A stretch of 64,000 nucleotides of DNA. Source: Clostridiales bacterium Firm_13 (GTDB lineage: Bacteria; Bacillota; Clostridia; Saccharofermentanales; Saccharofermentanaceae). Of the stretch, positions 37,279-45,727 are shown one piece after another; positions within the stretch are counted from its first letter, which is position 1, and each line of letters begins with the position of its first letter. The stretch lies in the NCBI GenBank assembly GCA_001603035.1, contig LVAS01000063.1:260506-324505 (forward strand). Reading direction: 5' to 3'. The position numbers and the translations under genes were made by a program. Below the pieces are notes generated by a model. It had not been told where the DNA came from. It did no database searches and saw nothing but the letters and a program-made list of their open reading frames with translations.

Positions 37279-38256
37279 TTACTTCTTCTTATTCATAAAC
37301 ATATCAAGCATAACGGCGCCGATAATCAGAAGGCCTTTCGTAATCGTCTGCCAATACGAGCTGATTCCGACAAGATTCATTCCGTTGTAGATGAGTCCGA
37401 TGATGATAATGCCCATAAAAGTCCCGGGAATCGTCGCCACACCGCCCGCAAACGAAGTACCTCCGATTACGCAAGCCGCGATCGCGTCTGTTTCATATCC
37501 GACGCCGATATTCGGCTGCGCCGCACTGATTCGACTCGTCATGATAATTCCTGCAATTCCGCAGCATAATCCCGAAAACATATACGTTCTTACACGAGTC
37601 CAGAAAACATTAACACCGGATGCGATCGCCGCATTCACATTTCCTCCAACCGCGTACACATAGCGACCAAACTTTGTATGATGAAGAAGCACAAAGGCGA
37701 TAATTCCAACAAATGCAAGAATGACGACGGGGTAAGGAATAATGTTGAACACCTTCCCGGATCCGATTAACTTATATCCTTCATTTGCAAGTGAAGCCGA
37801 GTAACCTCCCGAAATAACATACGCCGCGCCTCGTATGACGAGCTGCGTTGCCAGAGTCACGACGAAAGGTACCATATCGAATTTTGCAATCAAAAATCCG
37901 TTAATAAAACCAAACAGAGTCGTCGCAAGGATAGCCATCGCACAGGAAAGGAATATGTTTCCCGTCGAAGTCAGAACCGAGCCAACAATAACACTGGTGA
38001 GCGCCAGTTGAGATCCGATCGAAAGGTCAATTCCGCCGCCGGTGATTACGAAAACCATTCCCATCGCCAGAATTCCATTCATGGACACTTGAAGCATAAT
38101 ACTCACGATATTTCCACTCGTTCGAAACGTAGGAGATGCGATTGCAAGAATTACAATCATCGCAATCATTACGACGCCTATCCCGTACCGTCTCGAGAAT
38201 ATGGAAAAATCATTTTGATCCATCCCGAGAATCTTCCTGTCACTTTTAGCTACCAT
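37279..38256 (-). CDS. Monosaccharide ABC transporter permease (RbsC/AlsC-like)
   Basis: Multi-pass BPD-type permease with GGIDLSIGS and an AAxxGG-type C-terminal half. The likely start is the ATG at 38256, 9 nt behind GAGGAGG. The track start at 38274 lacks an RBS. Confidence 0.8.
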   Translation of the reverse strand: MVAKSDRKILGMDQNDFSIFSRRYGIGVVMIAMIVILAIASPTFRTSGNIVSIMLQVSMNGILAMGMVFVITGGGIDLSIGSQLALTSVIVGSVLTSTGNIFLSCAMAILATTLFGFINGFLIAKFDMVPFVVTLATQLVIRGAAYVISGGYSASLANEGYKLIGSGKVFNIIPYPVVILAFVGIIAFVLLHHTKFGRYVYAVGGNVNAAIASGVNVFWTRVRTYMFSGLCCGIAGIIMTSRISAAQPNIGVGYETDAIAACVIGGTSFAGGVATIPGTFMGIIIIGLIYNGMNLVGISSYWQTITKGLLIIGAVMLDMFMNKKK

Positions 38257-38462
38257 CTGCGGCTTCCTCCTCATATTTCATCAAGCCCGTTCCAACTTTT
38301 CGGGCTGAAGAATTCTGTGTGCATATAACGTAATCATATCTGGATAATCATTATATCGAACTCATTACACCTTGTTCTGAACACAGTTTTTGCTGAATAA
38401 TTCTCCGATGTCATTCCCGTGTGGCATAAAATTTAATTTCATTCTTTTTGTCTTTTGACCAA

Positions 38463-38491
38463 ATTATAGTAGTTTTAACAGAACTTGTCAA
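38463..38491 (-). promoter_or_regulatory. Consensus sigma-70 promoter inside the ATPase-permease spacer
   Basis: Minus strand reads TTGACA-17 nt-TATAAT, perfect hexamers with optimal spacing, about 200 nt upstream of the permease start. Confidence 0.55.
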
Positions 38492-38738
38492 CGATATTTC
38501 CTGCTTTTTTGTAAATATTCGCTACATCGTGTGGAATTTTATTTCACAAGCGCGAAACCTTTCGCGCATATGAATGATTATTTCTTCCCTGTTCAAAAAA
38601 AAGACGATTGCAATCAACAAAAGTCCGATATCAGAATATTGCACTTGGGGTTCCTTCTCTCCCCCGCAGTCTCTTCTGCACACTAAAAGACAGTTCGCGC
38701 GTGCAGAAGAAGAAACCGCGGCAAGAGTAAAAAACGAA

Positions 38739-40295
38739 TTAGGCGTAAAGCTTCTGACCAAATTCCATAGAAAGGATATCTTCCTGATCGATCTTTCCGG
38801 AAAGAATATCGGCACGCGACACTTCCCCATTCAATTTGCCCTCGTGGTATACAAGGATTCTGTCACTCATCCCCATAATTTCGGGAAGTTCTGACGAAAT
38901 CATAATTACGGCCATTCCTCGCGAAGCAAATTGACACATGAGCGTATGAATCTCCGATTTGGCACCGACATCGACACCACGCGTCGGTTCGTCCAGGATA
39001 AGTACCTTCGGATTCGCCATCATCCACTTGGCGATAACCACCTTTTGTTGATTGCCTCCGCTCAAAGAATGGCAGTCCGCTTCGATTCCCGACATCTTAA
39101 CGGTCAACATATTCGCCATTTCAATTGTTTCCTTCTTTTCCTTTTTGCGGTTAATCATGAGCCCCTTCTGCTTGACCGGCAAAGTTGGAAGGGATATGTT
39201 TTCGCGAAGGGAACGAAATAGGCAAAGACCATAGCCTTTCCGGTCTTCATTCACCATACAAATGCCATGCTTAATCGCGTCAGAGGGTTTACGAATCCGG
39301 ATCTCCTTGCCATTCAATGTAAGTTTGCCAGAAGAAAGCGAATCAAGGCCGAATATCGCACGGACTGTCTCGCTCCTTCCGGAGCCGACAAGTCCTGAAA
39401 TCCCAAGAATTTCACCGGCATGCACATCAAATCCGATGTCGGAGAATCCTTTTCCGGACAGCCCTTGGGCAGAAAAAACAACATCGCCGATCGGGCAGCT
39501 TGTTTTGGGAAATATCTGATCCACTTTGCGGCCGACCATAAGTGAAATCAGTTCATCGTTTGTGACCCCGTCCATCGATTTCGTATCAATATAACGCCCG
39601 TCCCGGAAAACGGAGACCGTATCGCAGATCTCAAATATCTCTTCCATTCGATGGGAAATGTAGATGATCGAAACACCTTTTTCTTTTAGATCTCGGATTG
39701 TTTTGAAAAGATGTTGTGTCTCTTCACTGTCAAGAGAAGAAGTCGGCTCATCCATGATAATCAATCGCGCCTGGCAAGAGACGGCTTTGATGATTTCGAT
39801 CATCTGGACTTGCGCGAGTGTCAGTTCTTCCATAAGAACATTCGGCGCGATTTTAAAATCAAATCGGTCCAGTATCTCCTTCGCCTTTTTATTTGTCTCT
39901 TTCTTATTAAGGAACGGACTCTTACCGTATGTATCTTCCCTTTTCAGGAAAATGCTCTCCGCAATTGTCAAATGCGGTTCGGGATTCAATTCTTGATGAA
40001 TCATCGAAACACCCGCCCGAATCGCCTCAGCAGGTCCTTTCGCCGCGTACGGTTTGCCTTCAAATTGGATGGATCCTGCGTCCGGCTTGTGCAATCCCAC
40101 GACGATCTTCATAAGCGTCGATTTGCCGGCGCCGTTTTCTCCGAGAAGTGCGTGCACCTCTCCTTTTTTGATTCGAAGATCTACGCCGTCAAGTGCGCGC
40201 GTTCCTCCGAAGAGTTTTGTAATTCCCTTGCATTCCATGATGTAATCGTTCTTGTTTTCTGTTGTCTTTTCCACAATCTCACCTCGCTGATTCAA
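38739..40295 (-). CDS. Monosaccharide ABC transporter ATP-binding protein with tandem ATPase domains (RbsA/AlsA-like)
   Basis: Two Walker A/signature sets: GENGAGKST with a degenerate first-half signature, then LSGGNQQK. The track start is a TTG and the exact start is uncertain. Confidence 0.85.
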   Translation of the reverse strand: MNQRGEIVEKTTENKNDYIMECKGITKLFGGTRALDGVDLRIKKGEVHALLGENGAGKSTLMKIVVGLHKPDAGSIQFEGKPYAAKGPAEAIRAGVSMIHQELNPEPHLTIAESIFLKREDTYGKSPFLNKKETNKKAKEILDRFDFKIAPNVLMEELTLAQVQMIEIIKAVSCQARLIIMDEPTSSLDSEETQHLFKTIRDLKEKGVSIIYISHRMEEIFEICDTVSVFRDGRYIDTKSMDGVTNDELISLMVGRKVDQIFPKTSCPIGDVVFSAQGLSGKGFSDIGFDVHAGEILGISGLVGSGRSETVRAIFGLDSLSSGKLTLNGKEIRIRKPSDAIKHGICMVNEDRKGYGLCLFRSLRENISLPTLPVKQKGLMINRKKEKKETIEMANMLTVKMSGIEADCHSLSGGNQQKVVIAKWMMANPKVLILDEPTRGVDVGAKSEIHTLMCQFASRGMAVIMISSELPEIMGMSDRILVYHEGKLNGEVSRADILSGKIDQEDILSMEFGQKLYA

Positions 40296-40306
40296 TTCTT
40301 CTCTTC

Positions 40307-41842
40307 TTACCGCGTCTCATCCCATGCATCCGGACGACTCCGCCCGAGTTCAGTTATTTTTTGCAGGACCTCGCCTCCCGCAGAATAAGCCTCTTTATAT
40401 AATGAGTAGTATTCCTTATATTGCGCATGTCGACGGCTGTCAGGATAGTAAACCGTGTCCTGGTAAAAAACGAGAGACTTACAACCTTCCTCGATGTCGG
40501 CGAATACACTCGCTCCGACGCCGGCGGCAATCGCGGCGCCGATCGCCGCTTGCTCCTGTATTTTTGCGACCTGCAGAGGAACGCCAAAAATATCTGCCTG
40601 TATTTGTAACCACACAGGACTTTGCGATCCGCCGCCCGACGCTACATAACGATCTGCCGAGAGCCCGAGAGAACGACATGCATCTATGCATTCATTGAGC
40701 GCATACGTCACGCCCTCAAGAACAGCCCTTGCCATTTCGGGACGGCCCGTATTGAGATTGAGACCCAAAAAGGCGGCGCTTAGGTTCGGGTTTACATGAG
40801 GCGTCCGTTCTCCGTTCAGATATGGTTGAAAGAGAAGACCTCCGCTTCCGGGTCGAACTCGATCAATCTCTTCATCGAATGTCCGATAATCCGAAGCGCC
40901 AAGAACCTTCGTAATCCACTTAAACGAGAGCCCCGCCGACATAATCGCTCCCATCGTGATCCAACGTCCCGGTTCAAATCCGCAAAAAGTATTGGTGTTC
41001 AAGCGCGGATTACAAATCACGTGATCACTCTGGAAACACACCTGACCGCTGGTTCCGATATTGATCGTCGCCGTCGCGGTATCGGATACTCCGTTTCCGA
41101 TGCTCTGCATAACCTGATCCGCTCCGCCGGCAACAACAAGTGTACCCGGAAAAAGCCCGGTATCATCCGCCGCCGAGCGTGAAACGACGCCTGCGGGTTC
41201 GTCAAGGGCGACACACTCCGGGAAAATCGACGGATCAATACCTAGAGCAGAGAGCACCGCATCTGACCAACAATTATTACGAATATCATATGCAAGTGTC
41301 GCCGATGCATCCGAATAATCCGATCGCACCTCCCCGGTAAGGCGGAAGCGAAGATAGTCTTTGGGCAACAGGCAATATCTTATCTTCTCATAATGACTCG
41401 GCTCTCGATCTCGAATCCACAGAAGTGACGGAAGCAAAAAACCTGTATATACAGGGTTCAGTATTTGTTCCGCAATAAAATCACGTCCGAGCTTCGATTT
41501 AATCGATTCGACTTGTTCGACCGACCTCCCGTCACAGTGAAGGATAGCCGGGCGGATAACTTGGTGCGAAGCATCGAGAGTAACAAGACCGTGCATCTGG
41601 CCTGAGAAACCGATCGATCGAATGGAAGATGCGGGAGTAGAGATTTGACTGAGCGCCTTACGAATGCAATTTCGGCAAGCAATCCACCAGATTTCCGGAT
41701 TTTGCTCGGCGTATCCGTTGAAAGGCGTGTCAAATGAATAAGCCTCAGAAACGGAGACAAGAACTCTCCCGTCCGTTGTCGCGACAAGGACTTTGAGACT
41801 GGAAGTGCCGAGATCAATGCCCATCAAATATGTCATATTCAT
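40307..41842 (-). CDS. FGGY-family carbohydrate kinase (xylulokinase-like)
   Basis: MGIDLGTSSLKV N-terminus, GFSGQMHG, and the C-terminal GGGSQSPVWLQIQADIFG signature. Confidence 0.8.
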   Translation of the reverse strand: MNMTYLMGIDLGTSSLKVLVATTDGRVLVSVSEAYSFDTPFNGYAEQNPEIWWIACRNCIRKALSQISTPASSIRSIGFSGQMHGLVTLDASHQVIRPAILHCDGRSVEQVESIKSKLGRDFIAEQILNPVYTGFLLPSLLWIRDREPSHYEKIRYCLLPKDYLRFRLTGEVRSDYSDASATLAYDIRNNCWSDAVLSALGIDPSIFPECVALDEPAGVVSRSAADDTGLFPGTLVVAGGADQVMQSIGNGVSDTATATINIGTSGQVCFQSDHVICNPRLNTNTFCGFEPGRWITMGAIMSAGLSFKWITKVLGASDYRTFDEEIDRVRPGSGGLLFQPYLNGERTPHVNPNLSAAFLGLNLNTGRPEMARAVLEGVTYALNECIDACRSLGLSADRYVASGGGSQSPVWLQIQADIFGVPLQVAKIQEQAAIGAAIAAGVGASVFADIEEGCKSLVFYQDTVYYPDSRRHAQYKEYYSLYKEAYSAGGEVLQKITELGRSRPDAWDETR

Positions 41843-41870
41843 ACCGTCCGTTCACACGCGCTCAACTGCT

Positions 41871-43187
41871 TCAAAGAAAACTTGTTTGAACACCGGCGAC
41901 AAAACTGTCTCCGAGTCCGATGGTACAGGCGGGTTTTTCCATATATCGAGACGGAACCAATACGCAGAATGGCTTATCGGCGATCTTTTGAAGATTCTCG
42001 TAGAAAGTGACGCCAATCGGGCTAAGCGTCATTTGTAATGACTCTTTACAATCTTCACGACTTCCGTATCGCCCCGTTCTCGCTCTTGTCCCAGAAAGAA
42101 GGTTGCCGAGTGTCAGTCCTTTCTCCATGTCGACTTGCGAGAGAAAAGCGCCGCAATACAACGAATAATCCTTGGTGTGGAGAACAATCCCGGGAATTTT
42201 GAATGCACTTTCTACAGAGCTAAGCGCCCGAACAACAGACTCGATATTTCCGATATCCGTATCAATTTTCAATTTACCCGCAAGGTCGACCAACTCTTCT
42301 TCATTCATGCCGAGTATATCAATGAACGATGAGGCTTCCCGAAAAACCAGCTCCTTAACTTCCGGATTAAAATAGTGTGCACTTTCAAGGTAGATGATCG
42401 TTCGACCGTTCTTTTGGCGAATACGTTCGAAATGCTTACGTAAAAAAGTGAGACGTTCAGACGCAATTTGCAAATCCAAGATTGCGTTGAATCCGGAAAT
42501 ATCAAACGACGTAATCGATTCTGCATTTCTCTCGCAAAAATCGATGAAGCCTTGATCGATTGGCACAACCTTGTGGATTGTATCGTAATCCATAATTAAG
42601 CGGTTAGAGACCGGTACGGTATACGTAATTCCGTTAACGCGAATTTCGTCTCCCTTATTGAACTGAAGAATCATGTGCCGGACCGGCGGTAATCCGGAAA
42701 CATGATTTTGCGATCCGACGCGTCGACCGTTTTCAACAAAAGAAATCGTATCATAGTTCATCAATTCGCAGACTTCACGGCTGCGATCTGTTATGTGCGC
42801 GACAAGAGGTATTCCTACCGCACCCAGCGCGGCTGCGCCCTGCGCACCGGTTCCTCCAAGTGCGTAGGAATAATCAAAGAGAGCCTCTATTTCGCTGCAC
42901 ACGGAAAGAGACAAAATATCACACTCACCGCCCAATCCGTGTATCGCGTGATAACTGAAGATTCGTCCGAAATCATTCAAGTTTTGAATCGTGTCACCGG
43001 AACGAAATGAAATCTCCTCAATGGAAAGGCGAGAAAGAAGAGAGTTGAACACCTCGACATCCCATTTGAGTAGGACATCAAGATCGCTTGTGTATGCAAA
43101 TACGGGATACCGATCCTCTCTTTTACAACGGACAATATCCCCGTCAATTGCGCTTAAGTATTTTCCATAGTTGTCGTTATATCTCAT
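41871..43187 (-). CDS. ADP-dependent glucokinase/phosphofructokinase-family (PF04587-like) sugar kinase
   Basis: Ribokinase-superfamily C-terminus TIGLGDSFVAGV (GxGD catalytic-base motif). ILGMNEEEL matches the NE.E motif and IIYLESAHY the h.E.A block of ADP-dependent kinases. The size of 438 aa fits. Based on motif recall only. Confidence 0.5.
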   Translation of the reverse strand: MRYNDNYGKYLSAIDGDIVRCKREDRYPVFAYTSDLDVLLKWDVEVFNSLLSRLSIEEISFRSGDTIQNLNDFGRIFSYHAIHGLGGECDILSLSVCSEIEALFDYSYALGGTGAQGAAALGAVGIPLVAHITDRSREVCELMNYDTISFVENGRRVGSQNHVSGLPPVRHMILQFNKGDEIRVNGITYTVPVSNRLIMDYDTIHKVVPIDQGFIDFCERNAESITSFDISGFNAILDLQIASERLTFLRKHFERIRQKNGRTIIYLESAHYFNPEVKELVFREASSFIDILGMNEEELVDLAGKLKIDTDIGNIESVVRALSSVESAFKIPGIVLHTKDYSLYCGAFLSQVDMEKGLTLGNLLSGTRARTGRYGSREDCKESLQMTLSPIGVTFYENLQKIADKPFCVLVPSRYMEKPACTIGLGDSFVAGVQTSFL

Positions 43188-43231
43188 AATGTCCCCTTTG
43201 ACGCAAAAGAACTTTCCTTTTATAAGGAAAA

Positions 43232-44056
43232 TTAGAGTTTGTATTCAGACAGAATCATTTCCACTTGATCTGCGATATCGAGATTATCGCGATTTGCAAT
43301 AAAATAGAGGAGAAGATCCACAACGGCAAATTCAAAGATATGCGAGGTAATGCCAAATTCCGCAAAGATCTTGTCATTTCCGGGAGACAATAAAGTAAAG
43401 TCGCTTGCTCGCGTAATCGGGGCGTTGGAAGAGCTGCAGATCGCAATTGTCTTCATCCCCTTACTTTTTGCCAGATCCACCGCCTGAAGAATGACTTTCG
43501 AAGTGCCCGAATGACTGATCGCAATCAGGACTTCACCGGGACTCGAAAGATTCAAATCATTCAGAAAATACTCCGGAACAACGGAAGACGTCGTACGCAC
43601 GCCAAGGCGGCCGAGTCGAAAGGCTAAATCAGAGGAAAGCGGGCTCGTATTGCCGACGGCGACAACATGGACACGGCTACTCTTCACAATCAAATCTACG
43701 CAGTTAACCAGAATCGGCATATCAATGCACTTGGCAAGAGAAATCATATTGTTTGCCACGATCGAAAAGAAATCGACAGCCGACTTCGGCGCATCTTTCT
43801 GCTCTTTCCCAAGGCCGCTCATCTGACTTCTTCCTAAATCATGCGAAAGCAGCAATTTCATCTGATAATAGCCTTCATATCCGACATGTTTACACAGACG
43901 GATCACCGTTGCGTCACTGACTCCGCTCAAATTCGCAAGTTCCGATACGTTACTGAGTACGACTTGTTCCGGATTGGCAAGAATGTAATCGGCAACTTTG
44001 CGTTCTGCAGAAAAAATTTCATTATAGTGTTTGCGAATATCTCCTAAAACAGACAT
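43232..44056 (-). CDS. RpiR/MurR-family transcriptional regulator (HTH_6 + SIS domains)
   Basis: N-terminal HTH (SELANLSGVSDATVIRLCKHVGYEGY) and a SIS domain (VAVGNTSPL...ISHSGTSK). Confidence 0.85.
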   Translation of the reverse strand: MSVLGDIRKHYNEIFSAERKVADYILANPEQVVLSNVSELANLSGVSDATVIRLCKHVGYEGYYQMKLLLSHDLGRSQMSGLGKEQKDAPKSAVDFFSIVANNMISLAKCIDMPILVNCVDLIVKSSRVHVVAVGNTSPLSSDLAFRLGRLGVRTTSSVVPEYFLNDLNLSSPGEVLIAISHSGTSKVILQAVDLAKSKGMKTIAICSSSNAPITRASDFTLLSPGNDKIFAEFGITSHIFEFAVVDLLLYFIANRDNLDIADQVEMILSEYKL

Positions 44057-44338
44057 TGAATACCCCCATGATTGCCAATGCGTGAAATTATTATTCTCGC
44101 GTTTGGCAAGATCTATACTTGATTTATACGCCTATTGTACATATTGTGTCAAGTCGCATTTCTCATTTTTAGCATATTGAACAATTCTCGTGTAATTTAT
44201 TTTTACGCATTTCACGAAGAGAGTCAACAGGAATTTTTCTTTCATAACGTTTTGCCCTACTAAAATACAAAAATTTCTACTTCACACTCCTTTCCGATTT
44301 AATTGTTTGTCTTTCCCCCTCCCCTTTTTCGAGTATAA

Positions 44339-44382
44339 CAAAAGGAATGTGTTCATTCATAAAAACACATTCCTTTGTTTTA
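44339..44382. terminator. Bidirectional terminator downstream of asd
   Basis: ACAAAGGAATGTGTT...AACACATTCCTTTGT: a 15-bp perfect stem flanked by A-run and T-run. Confidence 0.7.
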
Positions 44383-44440
44383 ATAAATTTCTACCATGAC
44401 GCTTGAAAGGCTGTATAACCGTTTCCAACGGATGAAAAGA

Positions 44441-45529
44441 TTACGCCTTTTTTGTAATGTATCCCTTTTGTGTCAGGAGTTCCGCAGTCAAAAGCGCTCC
44501 GCCTGCCGCTCCTCGGAGAGTATTATGAGATAGGCATGTAAATTTGTAGTCAAAGATTGCATCCTCTCTTAATCTGCCGATCGTCACACCCATTCCGTGT
44601 TCGTACCCAGCATCTAAAAGCGGTTGCGGACGATTCTCTTCGTCAATGTAATGAAGAAAGGGATGCGGCGCGGACGGAAGGTCCAGTTTCTGGGCTTCGC
44701 CTTCAAACGTTGCCCACGCGGCAAGGATCTCCTCTTTGGACGGCTTATTCCGAAAACTTACGGATACTGCGGCAGTATGCCCCTCCTGAACGGCGACTCG
44801 ATAACATTGCGCCGAGATAATCGGCGCGGAGGCCGGAACGATTTCATCCTCTTGAATGCTTCCCCAGATCTTCAACGGTTCCTTCTCACTTTTCTCTTCT
44901 TCTCCGCCGATATAAGGAATCATATTGCCGACCATCTCCGGCCAGTCTGTGAATGTCTTGCCCGCTCCCGAAATAGCTTGATACGTACAGACGCTGATCT
45001 TCTCGATCCCGAAAGATTGAAGCGGAGTAAGTGCCGGCACATAACTCTGAATCGAGCAATTCGGCTTGGCGGTAATAAATCCGCGGTGCGTTCCGAGTCT
45101 TCTTTTCTGTGCGTCAATAATTGCCGCATGATCCGCATTTAATTCAGGAATGATCACAGGTACATCCTTCGTCCATCGATGCGCTGAATTATTGGAGACA
45201 ACCGGGGTCTCATATTGGGCAATTCTCTCTTCAAGTGCGCGAATCTCATCCTTTTTCATATCAACAGCGCAGAATACAAAATCAACTGCCTCGCAGATCT
45301 TTGCAATCTGATCCGTACCCATTACGATCATTTTCTTAACATACTCCGGCATCGGCGCATCAATCTTCCACCGGCCCGCTACGGCATCTTCATATGTCTT
45401 ACCGGCCGACTTAGGAGACGCTGCGACAACGCAGCATGTAAACCACGGGTGATCCGCAAGAAGCGAAATAAACCGCTGTCCCACATACCCTGTTGCGCCG
45501 ATGACGCCGACCTTCAATTTCTCGTTCAT
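44441..45529 (-). CDS. asd: Aspartate-semialdehyde dehydrogenase
   Basis: VGVIGATGYVGQRF, active-site KPNCSIQ and SGAGK. Start trimmed to the ATG at 45529 (or 45532) behind GAGGAGAA. The 80-codon upstream extension in the track has no support. Confidence 0.85.
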   Translation of the reverse strand: MNEKLKVGVIGATGYVGQRFISLLADHPWFTCCVVAASPKSAGKTYEDAVAGRWKIDAPMPEYVKKMIVMGTDQIAKICEAVDFVFCAVDMKKDEIRALEERIAQYETPVVSNNSAHRWTKDVPVIIPELNADHAAIIDAQKRRLGTHRGFITAKPNCSIQSYVPALTPLQSFGIEKISVCTYQAISGAGKTFTDWPEMVGNMIPYIGGEEEKSEKEPLKIWGSIQEDEIVPASAPIISAQCYRVAVQEGHTAAVSVSFRNKPSKEEILAAWATFEGEAQKLDLPSAPHPFLHYIDEENRPQPLLDAGYEHGMGVTIGRLREDAIFDYKFTCLSHNTLRGAAGGALLTAELLTQKGYITKKA

Positions 45530-45617
45530 CATTTCTCCTCTCAACGAACCGATTCGGTTATTCGTATGAATCGGCTCGAATGTCCTCTTGTCGCGGACAT
45601 TTGTTCTCGCTGGAAGT

Positions 45618-45646
45618 ATATTATCACACTTGCAAAATCCCTGCAA
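45618..45646 (-). promoter_or_regulatory. Candidate asd promoter
   Basis: Minus strand reads TTGCAG-17 nt-TAATAT. Confidence 0.4.
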
Positions 45647-45727
45647 GACAAAATTCCGATACGAACGACACTCGTTTTTCGGCATTATGCTAAAATATCT
45701 GTATTCAATTCGATTCGGAGGCGTGAA

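Noticed and set aside
38522-38894. Track ORFs of 102 aa (minus strand) and 106 aa (plus strand) across the ATPase 3' end and the spacer.
   Set aside because: Most of each ORF overlaps the ABC ATPase gene out of frame or antisense. Only the distal 40 codons of the minus-strand frame have an RBS-like context, and those are reported as a speculative small ORF in the findings.
44414-44430. cre-like sequence TATAACCGTTTCCA.
   Set aside because: It has two mismatches to TGWAANCGNTNWCA. It also lies between the asd stop codon and its terminator, where catabolite control makes little sense.
45215-45727. Long N-terminal extension of the recombinase ORF (509 aa in the track).
   Set aside because: The extension is antisense to asd and its leader and has no motif content. 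A good GGAGG-ATG start at 45728 gives a normal-length Xer-type protein.
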